Shown here piece by piece: positions 1-9,699 of a stretch of 38,586 nt of DNA. Source of the stretch: Flavobacteriales bacterium (lineage in GTDB: Bacteria; Bacteroidota; Bacteroidia; Flavobacteriales_D; UBA2798); assembly GCA_035628535.1 (NCBI GenBank), contig DASPJQ010000833.1, positions 1 through 38,586 of the forward strand. Direction: 5' to 3'. How positions within the stretch are numbered: the first letter of the stretch is position 1; the number at the start of each line of letters is the position of its first letter. A model generated the notes under the pieces. That model did no database searches, was not told the origin of the DNA, and worked only from the letters and a program-made list of their open reading frames with translations. The translations under genes were made by a program, and so were the position numbers.

Positions 1-1
1 T

Positions 2-232
2 TCACTCATGCTGTTGCTTGATATTGCTTTGGAACCCATCGCTTTTCAATACAATTACTGGCAATGGGACTTCAAAACAGTACCCCTGCAAAACTATGTG
101 GCCTGGTGGCTCGTATCTTTTATCATGTTGTTGGGTGTGTTCAGTTTCCTCAAAAACCCGCGAAACCGCATGGGCTACTGGGTTTATGTGGTGCAATTGG
201 CATTCTTTAGTTTACTTAATATATTGAACTGA
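2..232 (+). CDS. carotenoid-biosynthesis-associated membrane protein, C-terminal fragment (open at window edge)
   Basis: The reading frame is open to position 2. The tail is hydrophobic (LEPIAFQYNYWQW...VAWWLVSFIMLLGVF) and resembles the Caroten_synth/DUF422 family from memory. It lies beside crtZ and a lycopene cyclase gene. Confidence 0.45.
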   Translation, partial: SLMLLLDIALEPIAFQYNYWQWDFKTVPLQNYVAWWLVSFIMLLGVFSFLKNPRNRMGYWVYVVQLAFFSLLNILN

Positions 233-412
233 TTTTAAATAGTGAAATTTTGGATAATGAAATATAAGTATACATTAAGACCAACTATAAACAGCGCAAA
301 AATCTCTGAAATATTCTCTAATTTATCTCTATATTTGAAAGTGTTTTTATAGGGTAACAATGGCTAATCTTTACATTTCACTATCCAAAATTTCATTGAT
401 TAACATCAAATC

Positions 413-892
413 TTGATATTCGTCATCTATATATTAATTTCTTTAGCAACATTCCTTTTAATGGAAGGCATCACCTGGTTCACCCATAAATTCATTATGC
501 ACGGCCTTATGTGGTATTTCCACCGTGACCATCACCAGCCCCAACCCGGATTTTTTGAAAAAAATGATTTTTTCTTTTTGATTTTTGCTGTTCCCAGTTG
601 GTTGTGTATCATGCTTGGTCTGATGTATCAGTATTATTATGCCGTTTGCACAGGTGCGGGCATTGCCTTGTACGGTCTCGCCTATTTTTTGGTGCATGAT
701 GTTTTCATTCACCAGCGCTTTAAATTTTTGCGGAATACCGATAGCGTGTACTTTCGTGCTTTGCGTAAAGCGCACAAAGTCCATCACAAACATTTAGGTA
801 AGGAAGACGGTGAATGTTTTGGAATGTTATGGGTCCCGCGCAAATATTTTCGCGAAGCACGGCAATCAATGGAAAAAAACATCTATGAATAA
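413..892 (+). CDS. crtZ: beta-carotene hydroxylase (fatty-acid hydroxylase superfamily)
   Basis: His boxes HKFIMH, HRDHH, HDVFIH and HKVHHKH are present. The product is ~160 aa with several TM helices. The ORF track gives a TTG start; the ATG at 461 would remove the first helix. Confidence 0.85.
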   Translation: MIFVIYILISLATFLLMEGITWFTHKFIMHGLMWYFHRDHHQPQPGFFEKNDFFFLIFAVPSWLCIMLGLMYQYYYAVCTGAGIALYGLAYFLVHDVFIHQRFKFLRNTDSVYFRALRKAHKVHHKHLGKEDGECFGMLWVPRKYFREARQSMEKNIYE

Positions 893-1099
893 GTCGGCAG
901 CAGGCGGTTCCACTCAATCGGTTAAGGCCACACCAACATTAACATTCATTCATAAAATCAACACACCCATTTTGTACGTTTTCCCGGGGCACACGCAATC
1001 TCACCAGGAACAAAGAATGCTGAAGGGCACAACACAATTACAGCGCTGCCAGCATCATGACAGGCTTTGCTTGGTCATAACACAGAACGGGGAGCGATT

Positions 1100-1825
1100 A
1101 TGAAGTCACTTTATCTTATTCTGGATAGTATCGTCTTTACGGGTCCACTGTTGCTCAGCTTCGATAAAAAAGTCGCTTTTTATACAAAATTCAGGTACCT
1201 TGTTCCTGCCATCCTGTGCATGATGCTTATTTTTATTCCCATCGACAGCATTTTTACCTATTACGGCATATGGGGATTCAATCCAAACTATACATTGGGA
1301 ATTTATTCAGCTTACCTTCCCCTGGAAGAATGGTTGTTTTTTCCTGCCACGCATTTTGCAGTTATTTTCATTTATGAATGCCTTAATGCATATGTAAAAA
1401 AAGATCTTCCGGCCCTTGCTTACAAATACATACTCATAACCATTTCCCTTATTGGTATAGTGGTTCTTGTTTTTTATCCCTCACAACTGTACAGCAGCCT
1501 TAAAATGGGCGGGGCTTCGGTTTTTACCCTACTTGTATTGTTTATTGGGAAACCCAAATGGCTAAGCCGCTTCACGCTTTGCTTCCTGGTTTCACTCATC
1601 CCTTTTTTTATCATGAACAGCATCCTTACAGGTTCATTGTTGGCCGAACCCATTGTTTGGTACAACCCGTTGCATATTTTCAACATACGTTTGGGCACTA
1701 TTCCGGTTGAAGACATTTACTACAATTTGTTCATGCTTTTAACCACTGTATGTTTTTACGAATGGTTCAAATCATGGAAAAACGACCCGGTTATTCCGCC
1801 ACAGTCCCCAAAAGAGCATATATAG
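1100..1825 (+). CDS. lycopene cyclase domain-containing protein (fused CrtYc/CrtYd-type)
   Basis: Two internal repeats carry the hallmark acidic motif (LPLEEWLFF and IPVEDIYYNLF) in a polytopic ~240-aa membrane protein. The ATG at 1100 (MKSLYLILD) is preferred over the TTG at 1067. Confidence 0.8.
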   Translation: MKSLYLILDSIVFTGPLLLSFDKKVAFYTKFRYLVPAILCMMLIFIPIDSIFTYYGIWGFNPNYTLGIYSAYLPLEEWLFFPATHFAVIFIYECLNAYVKKDLPALAYKYILITISLIGIVVLVFYPSQLYSSLKMGGASVFTLLVLFIGKPKWLSRFTLCFLVSLIPFFIMNSILTGSLLAEPIVWYNPLHIFNIRLGTIPVEDIYYNLFMLLTTVCFYEWFKSWKNDPVIPPQSPKEHI

Positions 1826-1829
1826 CCCA

Positions 1830-4256
1830 TTATTTTTTCATGTCAATTGGAATGAACAATTTAAAACTGATGTTCCTTCCCATATTAAAAATACCCGTGC
1901 GGCCGGTTACCGGGTTTACCGCAGCATACCGTATGCGGCTCAAATGCTGCTGATAGGCCACATCAAACACATTGTTCACGCTGCACACAAAATTAAAAAG
2001 TGTAGTTCCTTTTTTGTTTACAACCGTTGTTCCAAGGCTAACGTTCACCAATGTATAAGCTGCCGAGGGTGTTTCAGTATCATACGCTTCGTAAACCCTG
2101 GGCTGGGCAAAAAAATGGTTTACGTTTACGGCTGCAAATACATCGCGCAATTTTCCGGCTTTTTCAATTTCCATCCTTAGTTCTCCCTGGTAACGCGTTG
2201 CCGGAATAAACGGCAAATGCGTCATGCTGTCAGGCATGTTTTTTTGAATACCGTACACGGCCGATATGGAATTTTCAATGTGCAACCAGTCAAGCGGGTG
2301 CGGGTGCACATCAATAAAATACTCGCCTCCGTACAACATGGCGTTGCCCTGTGTAAACCGGTATACACTTGCGGGATCATTTGCATCGGCAATACTGTCA
2401 CCACCAAAAGCACTTTGCAATTTTTCGGTATAAATATAATTTTGAATGTCGTTATAAAACACCGAGAGTTCGCTTGAAACATGCTCAGTATTCAATGCCA
2501 ATCCTATGTCTTCCTGCAAACTGGTTTCGGCTTTCAGGTTCACATCGCCTATTTCATAACGCAGTGTTCCTTCATGTTTGCCGTTCGAGGCAATTTCAGC
2601 CATGTTGGGCGCTCGAAATCCGCGGGCCACATTCACTTTAAGGCTGAACACAGGTGTAAATTGTATAGCAAAACCTAAACTGCCGGTTACCGCACTGTAT
2701 GTTCCTTTCACCGCTTTGAACTTCTCGGTTGTATAGGCGGTAGGTGTTGCTGTTAAAGCGTCAAGGGTGTCAATGTACAAAGCATCCGTATTGACAAAAC
2801 GCGTATCATACCGTATGCCGCCAACCCAATTGGCTTTTGCCCCGGCCGACCGTTTAAAGAAAAGGTAACCGCCTGCATCAAACAAATTGTAATCGGGAAT
2901 CAAGGCTTCCTCGCCTTCATTTTTATTTTGCTGCTGCATACCGCTTGCTCCCAGCGTAAAAACCCATTTATGAATTTGCGGCAGTTGGAAACGCACATCG
3001 TAATTAATGGTTTGCAAATTAAAAAACAGTTCGGGCTCGTTTTCATCCAGTACATTGGCAAACTCCCTGCGTATGTTTTGTTGGTACGCGGTATTGAGGG
3101 TAATGTTTGATTTGCCAAAAAACAATTTGGTGCTGTTGCTGATGCGGTAATGGTTCACCTGCTGGCGGGGTACATCGTATACATATCCCCGCAATTCATT
3201 CCCGGTAACCGATTTTTCACCAACCAGCGTATCATTCACTTTGTATTCTTTTATAAAATTGCCTAAACTGTCGCGTTCACCTTCGGGCATTGCAATAACC
3301 TGGTTGAAACTGGCAAAGTGTACGTGCGAAAATCCCCAGCTCCGGTTTATGCCAAGGTACCCGTTGGCATTAAATTCTTTAAACCCCGAATTGTAAACAT
3401 ACCCGTCATATTTATTTTTATAATTACCGGCCATTTTCGTGCTTCCGCGCAGCAACCAGTTAATGCCGTTTAAATTTCCGGCATTGTGCACACTGTATCC
3501 CTGCAGCTGATTATTGGTTTGATAATTGGCCAGCACACTTGATTTAATGGTGCCCACCGGCAGCGGGTTTGGTCCTAAAAAATTTATAACGCCCGCAATG
3601 GCGTCTGATCCGTACATTAAACTTCCCGGTCCTTTAATGATCTCAACACGGTCAACGCTGTATTCATCAATTTCAATGCCGTGCTCATCGCCCCATTGCT
3701 GACCCTCCTGCCTTATGTTGTTGTTGAGTGTTACCAAACGGTTGAACCCTAATCCGCGTATGACAGGTTTTGAAACGGCCGCCCCGGTTGTAAGTTGGTT
3801 TACACCCGGATTTTTGCTTATGTTATCTATCAGGTTTGTGCTGGTGTTTTCAAACAGCTCTTCCTTTTTCATGGTTTTAATGGCAAGCGGGTTAAACCGT
3901 GCCCCGGTTGACTGCGTAGTGCCCGTAACTGTTATTTCATGCATTTCAACAACCGATGTTTCCAGGGCAAAATCAAATTTTACCATGCCGTCAATGTCAA
4001 CCCACGAAGCCGTAATGCCCATTCCTTTTTTGCGGCATTCAACCAAAAATTTTCCCTTCGGAAGTTCTGTAAACGCATAGTTGCCGCTGGTATCGCTGGT
4101 GGTTTCAAGGTGCAGATCGGGAATGGTAATGGTGGCGTACTTTACCGGGGTTTGCGAACCTGCAACGGTAACGTGGCCTTGCAAGCTGTTTTGGGCTCGG
4201 GCCTGAAAAACAAGAAATGCACAAAATAGATTTATAGTAATAAATTTCATTATCAT
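1830..4256 (-). CDS. TonB-dependent receptor with N-terminal carboxypeptidase-regulatory-like domain
   Basis: It has a signal peptide (FLVFQARAQ), a CarboxypepD_reg-like segment (GHVTVAGSQTPVKYATITIPDL) and a plug motif (IIKGPGSLMYGSDAIAGVINF). The 808-aa protein has a beta-barrel tail ending GRNISFKLFIPI. Confidence 0.9.
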   Translation of the reverse strand: MIMKFITINLFCAFLVFQARAQNSLQGHVTVAGSQTPVKYATITIPDLHLETTSDTSGNYAFTELPKGKFLVECRKKGMGITASWVDIDGMVKFDFALETSVVEMHEITVTGTTQSTGARFNPLAIKTMKKEELFENTSTNLIDNISKNPGVNQLTTGAAVSKPVIRGLGFNRLVTLNNNIRQEGQQWGDEHGIEIDEYSVDRVEIIKGPGSLMYGSDAIAGVINFLGPNPLPVGTIKSSVLANYQTNNQLQGYSVHNAGNLNGINWLLRGSTKMAGNYKNKYDGYVYNSGFKEFNANGYLGINRSWGFSHVHFASFNQVIAMPEGERDSLGNFIKEYKVNDTLVGEKSVTGNELRGYVYDVPRQQVNHYRISNSTKLFFGKSNITLNTAYQQNIRREFANVLDENEPELFFNLQTINYDVRFQLPQIHKWVFTLGASGMQQQNKNEGEEALIPDYNLFDAGGYLFFKRSAGAKANWVGGIRYDTRFVNTDALYIDTLDALTATPTAYTTEKFKAVKGTYSAVTGSLGFAIQFTPVFSLKVNVARGFRAPNMAEIASNGKHEGTLRYEIGDVNLKAETSLQEDIGLALNTEHVSSELSVFYNDIQNYIYTEKLQSAFGGDSIADANDPASVYRFTQGNAMLYGGEYFIDVHPHPLDWLHIENSISAVYGIQKNMPDSMTHLPFIPATRYQGELRMEIEKAGKLRDVFAAVNVNHFFAQPRVYEAYDTETPSAAYTLVNVSLGTTVVNKKGTTLFNFVCSVNNVFDVAYQQHLSRIRYAAVNPVTGRTGIFNMGRNISFKLFIPIDMKK

Positions 4257-4355
4257 ATTATTTTAAAAAAAAGAAATTGATTTTAAAAACTCACAGGCCG
4301 AACGCTTGTGCATACAGCCATTGCTTTTTTATACCAATAAAAAGGTGAGGAAATT

Positions 4356-4667
4356 TCAGGCTACAGGAGGACCCCGCGTGGTAAAATCAATGTGCGATAA
4401 TGAAAAAACAAATACTGTTGGAACGCATGGCTGTTCCTTTTCAAGTACAACCAGGTTGAGTTCGGGTTGTACAAAATGAAAACCATCGCTTAACTGGAAA
4501 TCAAATTCACAAATAAAGCAGGAGTGTTCTTTTTCGTGAAAGTGGGTGGCGCTTTCGGTACACAGTTCATCCTCGTGATGTTCAAACAACACGTGCACCG
4601 TTTTGCCCGACATGGCAAAAACCAATGCGGCTAAAAATAAACCGGCTGCTATGCGGTGAAGTTTCAC
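4356..4667 (-). CDS. small secreted Cys/His-rich protein (possibly HYC_CC_PP-type family), co-oriented upstream of the TonB-dependent receptor
   Basis: It has a signal/TM segment (AAGLFLAALVFAMS), a His/Cys cluster (HVLFEHHEDELC...HFHEKEHSCFICEF) and ends RGPP. The family name is recalled from memory only. Confidence 0.55.
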   Translation of the reverse strand: MKLHRIAAGLFLAALVFAMSGKTVHVLFEHHEDELCTESATHFHEKEHSCFICEFDFQLSDGFHFVQPELNLVVLEKEQPCVPTVFVFSLSHIDFTTRGPPVA

Positions 4668-4719
4668 GTTACAAAGATAAATAAAATAGAGTTGATTTAA
4701 AACACTGGTTTAAAGACAA

Positions 4720-5106
4720 TTATTTTACTATTATCAGTTTTACTGACTCAAATCCTATGCGCAAAAAGTATACACCATTACACAAATGGTTTAAATCAAT
4801 CGTATTATCCTCTATTACAATTGCTTCAATGAAAGTTCCTGCTGAACTATAAATATCTATTTCATTTACCGTTTTATATGGTATTATTTCAAATGATACC
4901 ATGCCAGTTGTAGGATTAGGAAAAATTTTACATGTTCTGGTAACGTTTGTTTCATCAATTCCTATAGGCGGGTAGTATTCATCGGCTCCAATATCCTGTA
5001 AAGGCTCTCTTAATTCACCGTCAATGTCATTAGTGATCCCTAATGAATCACCAACATCGCGGGCTGGTGAAGACGCTGAAAGGTGTAAATTGGTTGTTGA
5101 GACCAT
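4720..5106 (-). pseudogene. 3-prime remnant of a T9SS-secreted protein gene (C-terminal sorting domain only)
   Basis: The C-terminal ~80 aa look like a Por/T9SS type A sorting domain (KIFPNPTTGMVSFEI ... NGVYFLRIGFESVKLIIVK). There is no signal peptide and no plausible N-terminal cargo domain; the ORF begins inside a beta-helix-like segment. Confidence 0.55.
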
Positions 5107-5132
5107 AAGTGGGTTTGCTTGAATACCAGTTG

Positions 5133-6554
5133 CTAAACCACTTCGCTCAACTTCAGCATGTTTGATTTTCCTTTCTCTTCAATGGGCATACTGGCAATGT
5201 TAATCACCAAATCACCCATCTTGATCCAGCCTTTTTTCTTGAGTAAATATTTAATGTCGGCAATGGTATGGTCAGTACTTACCATTTTATTGTAATACAC
5301 ACCCTCAACCCCCCAAACCAAACTCATAATGTTCAACAATTGCACATTGCCCGTGGCCACAAACGTTGCCGCTTTGGGCCGCTGGCTGCTCACTTTAAAA
5401 GCCGTATACCCGCTATGCGTCATGGTAATAATAGCCGTTGCACCCACGCGCTGCGCAAGCCGTGTGGCGTTGAAACAAATGCTGTCGCTTATAAAACGAT
5501 CGTCTCTTTTATCGTCAGGAATGGTTTCTTTAAAATAAATTTCATCGGTGCTTTCAACCGCGTTAATAATCTTGCACATGGTTTGTATCACGTTCACGGG
5601 GTCTTCCCCAACCGATGTTTCACCGCTCAGCATAACCGCATCGGCCCCGTCAAGTACGGCATTGGCCACATCGTTTACTTCAGCACGGGTGGGAAAAATG
5701 TTGTTGATCATGCTTTCCATCATTTGCGTAGCTACAATTACCGGTTTGGCATTGCGGGTACACTTTTTGATCAGCATTTTTTGAATAATCGGCACGTTTT
5801 CCAATGGAATTTCAACTCCCAAATCGCCACGGGCTATCATAATGGCATCGGTCTCGGCAATAATATCGTCAATGTCATCAATGGCCTCGGGTTTCTCAAT
5901 TTTGGCCACTATACGGGCGGCCTTGTGTTTGTTTGAAATATAATGCCGCAATTCAATAATGTCACGCGCACTGCGCACAAATGACAAGCCAATCCAATCC
6001 ACGTTAAGTTCCAAAGCAAAATCCAAATCTTCAATGTCCTTCGGGGTGAGCGAGGGCAGGCTTACTTTTGTATTGGGTAAATTCACCCCTTTTTTTGACG
6101 AAAGCACACCCCCGTGCAGCACCCGCGCCACCACTTCGTTCACACCATTGGTTGAAATACATTCCAGCGAGAGCTTCCCATCGTCAATCAAAATTTTATC
6201 GCCCCGCTTAACATCTTTGGCAAAGTCCTGGTAGGTCATGTATACCTTTTGGGCATTGCCCATGCATTTTTCATTGGTAAAAATCAACTGGCTGTCGTTG
6301 GCAATATACACGCTGTTGTTTTCCACCTCGCCAATGCGCAGCTTGGGGCCCTGCAGGTCAACCAGTATACCGGCACTGCACTGCAATTCCTTTGAAATGC
6401 TGCGCACGTGCTTAATTACCTCCTGGTGTATATCATGCTTGCCGTGGCTCGCGTTCAACCTGAAAACATTTACGCCTTCTATCATCAACTGTCTTAAAAT
6501 TTCAGGGCTTTGTGAGGCTGGTCCAACCGTAGCAACAATTTTGGTTTTCTTCAT
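5133..6554 (-). CDS. pyk: pyruvate kinase
   Basis: Motifs KTKIVATVGPAS, NVFRLNASHG, MIARGDLGVEIP and ATQMMESM are present, plus a C-terminal regulatory domain. The start is set at MKKTKIV (6554), 4 nt after the upstream stop. Confidence 0.95.
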   Translation of the reverse strand: MKKTKIVATVGPASQSPEILRQLMIEGVNVFRLNASHGKHDIHQEVIKHVRSISKELQCSAGILVDLQGPKLRIGEVENNSVYIANDSQLIFTNEKCMGNAQKVYMTYQDFAKDVKRGDKILIDDGKLSLECISTNGVNEVVARVLHGGVLSSKKGVNLPNTKVSLPSLTPKDIEDLDFALELNVDWIGLSFVRSARDIIELRHYISNKHKAARIVAKIEKPEAIDDIDDIIAETDAIMIARGDLGVEIPLENVPIIQKMLIKKCTRNAKPVIVATQMMESMINNIFPTRAEVNDVANAVLDGADAVMLSGETSVGEDPVNVIQTMCKIINAVESTDEIYFKETIPDDKRDDRFISDSICFNATRLAQRVGATAIITMTHSGYTAFKVSSQRPKAATFVATGNVQLLNIMSLVWGVEGVYYNKMVSTDHTIADIKYLLKKKGWIKMGDLVINIASMPIEEKGKSNMLKLSEVV

Positions 6555-6558
6555 AGCA

Positions 6559-6984
6559 CTAAAATAACAAATTTTCAATTGATCTCACTTCCTGCGTATT
6601 TATTTCAAAAGCCGTAAGCACCTGGTCACTTAGCCTTAACTTTCCAATAACATCATCAGTATTAACAAGTAGGTTCTCTTTGAGCATCATCAGGTAGTCA
6701 ATATGCTTCAGTTCGGGCAATAAAAATCCGTTGGCATGCTTGTTCGGCATCAGGTAAAAGTCAATCCGGGTTTCCTCATCAGGGTAATTGTACACATCAA
6801 AAACCAGCTTGATTTTTTTCCGGTTATCAATAATTTCTATGGGCTTGTTGGTGTTGGCAAGCTTTAACCGCATAACCTGGTTCAGGCTCCAGCAAAGGCG
6901 GTAAATTTTGGCGTGGCTGCTTATACCAATCAGTAAAAAATCAACCAAAGCATCATCGTCTTCGTCAAGCGTGAATTTTGCCAT
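6559..6984 (-). CDS. IPExxxVDY family protein
   Basis: A 141-aa protein with LPELKHIDYLM matches the IPExxxVDY signature. As I recall, this family usually sits immediately upstream of pyruvate kinase in Bacteroidota. Confidence 0.65.
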   Translation of the reverse strand: MAKFTLDEDDDALVDFLLIGISSHAKIYRLCWSLNQVMRLKLANTNKPIEIIDNRKKIKLVFDVYNYPDEETRIDFYLMPNKHANGFLLPELKHIDYLMMLKENLLVNTDDVIGKLRLSDQVLTAFEINTQEVRSIENLLF

Positions 6985-7271
6985 GCATGAAAGGTACGAG
7001 GTTAATCTGTATCGCTGAAAATAGATACAGGTAAATAGTTAATAGTTATTAGTCAATATTGCCTAAACACATTAATATTCAATAATTTGTCAGGTGTTAC
7101 TAAAAAGTCAAGTGACAGACTGGTGACAAATATAGCAGAAAAGCACATAAAGAAAGGCTAGGAACTGCTAAGGTGTTTTTAGATTGGTTTTGGTTTAGGT
7201 GTATTATCTAAACCCGGCAATATTTCAAAGAGCTAAGCAAATATAATTAAAAAAATTGATTCTACAAACAC

Positions 7272-7345
7272 CTATTTAGGCTGCCTTTTATACCAGCTAT
7301 AGAGTATATACCTGTGCAATACTTTTAGTTCATCTTGTGTTATAA
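7272..7345 (-). pseudogene. remnant of the 3-prime end of an excisionase-like HTH gene (copy A of a 4-member repeat family)
   Basis: The minus strand reads LITQDELKVLHRYILYSWYKRQPK*, compared with IRTQDEIQSTAQVYNLYNRHKKAS* at the end of the intact gene 12958-13296. At DNA level 7304-7340 matches 12991-13028 at about 32 of 38 positions (tatatacctgYgcaRtacttt...tcatcYtgtgt). Confidence 0.45.
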
Positions 7346-7353
7346 GGAAGGTC

Positions 7354-7629
7354 ATGTCGTATTTTTGTTGGGACATGACTCTAAATATTAAAACTAAAAT
7401 TGAGGCTGAAAAAAGAATTAAGGTCTCCCCCTTCAGAAAGGAGATCAGGAAAACTACGCCTCATAAACGCAATAGTTATTTCGAGATTATTTATTTAACA
7501 GCCGGTAAAGGCTATCATAGGATTGATTCAAAAAAATATATCGTATGTGTTCGTAAAGAGAATGTACCTTTTATCCAATCTGACATCCCTCAGCTAAGAT
7601 TATCTCCTATCAGATACAATAAACAATGA
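7354..7629 (+). pseudogene. AraC-family regulator, N-terminal fragment only
   Basis: SPFRKEIRKTTPHKRNSYFEIIYLTAGKGYHRIDSKKY is the cupin-like ligand-binding start of a Bacteroidota AraC subfamily. The ORF stops after ~90 aa and has no HTH domain. Confidence 0.55.
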
Positions 7630-8066
7630 GGCTGCTCTCGAAAATAACTCACACAGACAATTCTAAAACTAGCATTTTGATTCGGTTAATGGTAGGTGCT
7701 GTTTTTTTATCCGAAGGAATTCAGAAATTTCTTTTTCCTGACGCGGTGGGAGCCGGGCGTTTTGAAAAGATCGGATTTGATAATCCTGAATTTTGGGCAG
7801 CCTTTACCGGCTGCTCTGAAATTATCTGTGGTAGTCTTGTTTTAATAGGATTTCTAACAAGGCTTGCTGCCTTTCCTTTGTTTTTTATTATGATCGTGGC
7901 ATTTATCACCACAAAATATCCCATTCTTATAAATAAAGGGTTTTGGTCTATGGCGCACGAATACCGAACAGATTTTGCCATGACCATTGGAAGTATATTT
8001 CTTTTGATTAGAGGTGGAAGAGCATTAAGTATTGATAAACTGATCACGAATAAGCTATGGAAATAG
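7626..8066 (+). CDS. DoxX family membrane protein
   Basis: The product is 146 aa with four TM helices. LIRLMVGAVFLSEGIQKF and FTGCSEIICGSLVLIGFLTRLAA are typical of DoxX. Confidence 0.75.
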   Translation: MRLLSKITHTDNSKTSILIRLMVGAVFLSEGIQKFLFPDAVGAGRFEKIGFDNPEFWAAFTGCSEIICGSLVLIGFLTRLAAFPLFFIMIVAFITTKYPILINKGFWSMAHEYRTDFAMTIGSIFLLIRGGRALSIDKLITNKLWK

Positions 8067-8830
8067 TTATTATTTCAATTGTGGCATTTGTTGTCGCAAT
8101 TCTTACATTCTTCTCCGGCTTTGGACTTGGAACGATTCTCACTCCCGTATTTATGATATTTTTTCCGGTAGATCTTGCGATTGCGCTTACCGGAATTGTT
8201 CACTTTTTAAATAATATATTTAAACTGGCTTTAGTTGGAAGGAAAGCTGATAAAGAAATTCTGATCCGGTTCGGGATTCCTGCAATTATAGCCGCTGCAA
8301 TAGGCGCATGGTTGCTATTAAAGATTCCTGACGTTAAGCCTCTGTTTTCCTATCAGTTATCAGGGAAAACCTTTGAGGTTTACCCTGTAAAGTTTATTAT
8401 TTCTCTTCTTTTAATATTTTTTGCCATCCTTGATCTTGTTCCTTTTTTGAATAAGTTACATTTCGGAAAGGAAAAGTTACCGCTAGGAGGAATACTAAGC
8501 GGATTCTTCGGTGGTCTCTCCGGCAATCAAGGCGCATTGAGAAGTGCATTCCTGATTAAAGCAGGATTGGCAAAAGAAGTATTTGTCGCAACCACTGTCG
8601 TAATTTCTTGTTTTGTTGATCTCACAAGGCTATCCGTTTATGCAACAAGATTTATAAAGTCGGGATTGGAAGAAAATATTGGATTAATAAGCATTGCCAC
8701 TCTATCTGCCATTGCAGGGTCGTTTATAGGCAATAGATTATTGAAGAAGGTCACTTTAAAATTCATTCAGATACTTGTAGCAATAATGCTTATTATGATA
8801 TCAATAGCCTTGGGTGCAGGATTAATATAA
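8057..8830 (+). CDS. TauE/SafE (TSUP) family anion permease
   Basis: The product is 257 aa and polytopic, with an internal duplication carrying G-rich motifs (FFSGFGLGTILTP and GFFGGLSGNQGALRSAFL). Confidence 0.8.
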   Translation: MEIVIISIVAFVVAILTFFSGFGLGTILTPVFMIFFPVDLAIALTGIVHFLNNIFKLALVGRKADKEILIRFGIPAIIAAAIGAWLLLKIPDVKPLFSYQLSGKTFEVYPVKFIISLLLIFFAILDLVPFLNKLHFGKEKLPLGGILSGFFGGLSGNQGALRSAFLIKAGLAKEVFVATTVVISCFVDLTRLSVYATRFIKSGLEENIGLISIATLSAIAGSFIGNRLLKKVTLKFIQILVAIMLIMISIALGAGLI

Positions 8831-8847
8831 AAACAAAAGACAGAAAT

Positions 8848-9552
8848 ATGAGAAAATCAAATCGAACATTTTTTAAAGGAACTTTTCTTTTAATACTTTT
8901 AACTTTTACCACCGAAAGTTTCGGTTTTTGGGTGGTAAATTTTGGAACAGCGAGAACATTAGCACCCAGGAAAGTTGGTTTTGCAGCGGGAATGGGCGGA
9001 CAAATGGTATTTTTAGGCGATCCCCAACTTACCAGTGCATTTTTCACAATACCTCATGCAGGCTTCCGGTTCGGTCTTATCAATAGACTTGACGCAGGCT
9101 TACGCCTTGCACCAATACCGCTTCCGTTTTCCACAGTCGGTCCGGGTTTTGGAGTTAATTTAGATGTAAAGGTTTGCCTTACGAAACCTGAAAGCAAGAT
9201 AGATTTTGCTGTGGTTGTCGGTGCCGGAGGTGCTCACGTATTAATTGAAGACAAGACGCGATACGCTTACAGTCCTAACGTTGCCATTTTAACCACATAT
9301 AATATTAACGAAACAACGCACTTTACCACGATGGGCCGTTTTGTAAATCTTGCTATTCCAACAGCTCCTTTGGGCGCAAATAAAAATTTCGTTAACATAT
9401 CCGGAGTTTCGTTTGGTCTTAAAAAAGACATTCGTTCAAATATTTCCATCCTACCTGAAGTGGGTGCATATTGGTATGATGGTCAAATTGGCGGTACGGG
9501 AAAAAGCGGGCCAGGATTTCAGTATGGATTGATGATAGCGACAAGCTTTTAA
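8848..9552 (+). CDS. putative outer-membrane beta-barrel protein
   Basis: It has a signal peptide (FLLILLTFTTESFG), alternating beta-strand-like segments and a C-terminal aromatic residue (LMIATSF). Confidence 0.5.
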   Translation: MRKSNRTFFKGTFLLILLTFTTESFGFWVVNFGTARTLAPRKVGFAAGMGGQMVFLGDPQLTSAFFTIPHAGFRFGLINRLDAGLRLAPIPLPFSTVGPGFGVNLDVKVCLTKPESKIDFAVVVGAGGAHVLIEDKTRYAYSPNVAILTTYNINETTHFTTMGRFVNLAIPTAPLGANKNFVNISGVSFGLKKDIRSNISILPEVGAYWYDGQIGGTGKSGPGFQYGLMIATSF

Positions 9553-9699
9553 AAAAATATTAGTTTTAGCGACAACTTTTTTCCGAAAAGCCAATTTTAG
9601 TTTCCCAAATCGAATGTTTATGACAATTTGACACACTTGTGCCTTGTAATAGTAACGGCCTGATATTTGTCCCATTGACATACAAAACCACCTAAATTT

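Noticed and set aside
810-1103. A 97-aa ORF bridges crtZ and the lycopene cyclase gene.
   Set aside because: It overlaps the crtZ 3-prime end in another frame, has no motifs and has an odd composition. The region is more likely intergenic.
1944-4229. Several plus-strand ORFs of 60-121 aa lie inside the TonB-dependent receptor gene.
   Set aside because: They are antisense shadow ORFs within a gene that has strong family motifs. They show no independent signals or motifs.
4257-4355. I considered a riboswitch upstream of the TonB-dependent receptor.
   Set aside because: The gap is only ~100 nt, is AT-rich, and has no conserved riboswitch core such as a B12 box.
5268-6567. Plus-strand ORFs of up to 222 aa lie opposite pyruvate kinase.
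   Set aside because: They are antisense to a highly conserved gene, and their sequences look low-complexity or arbitrary.
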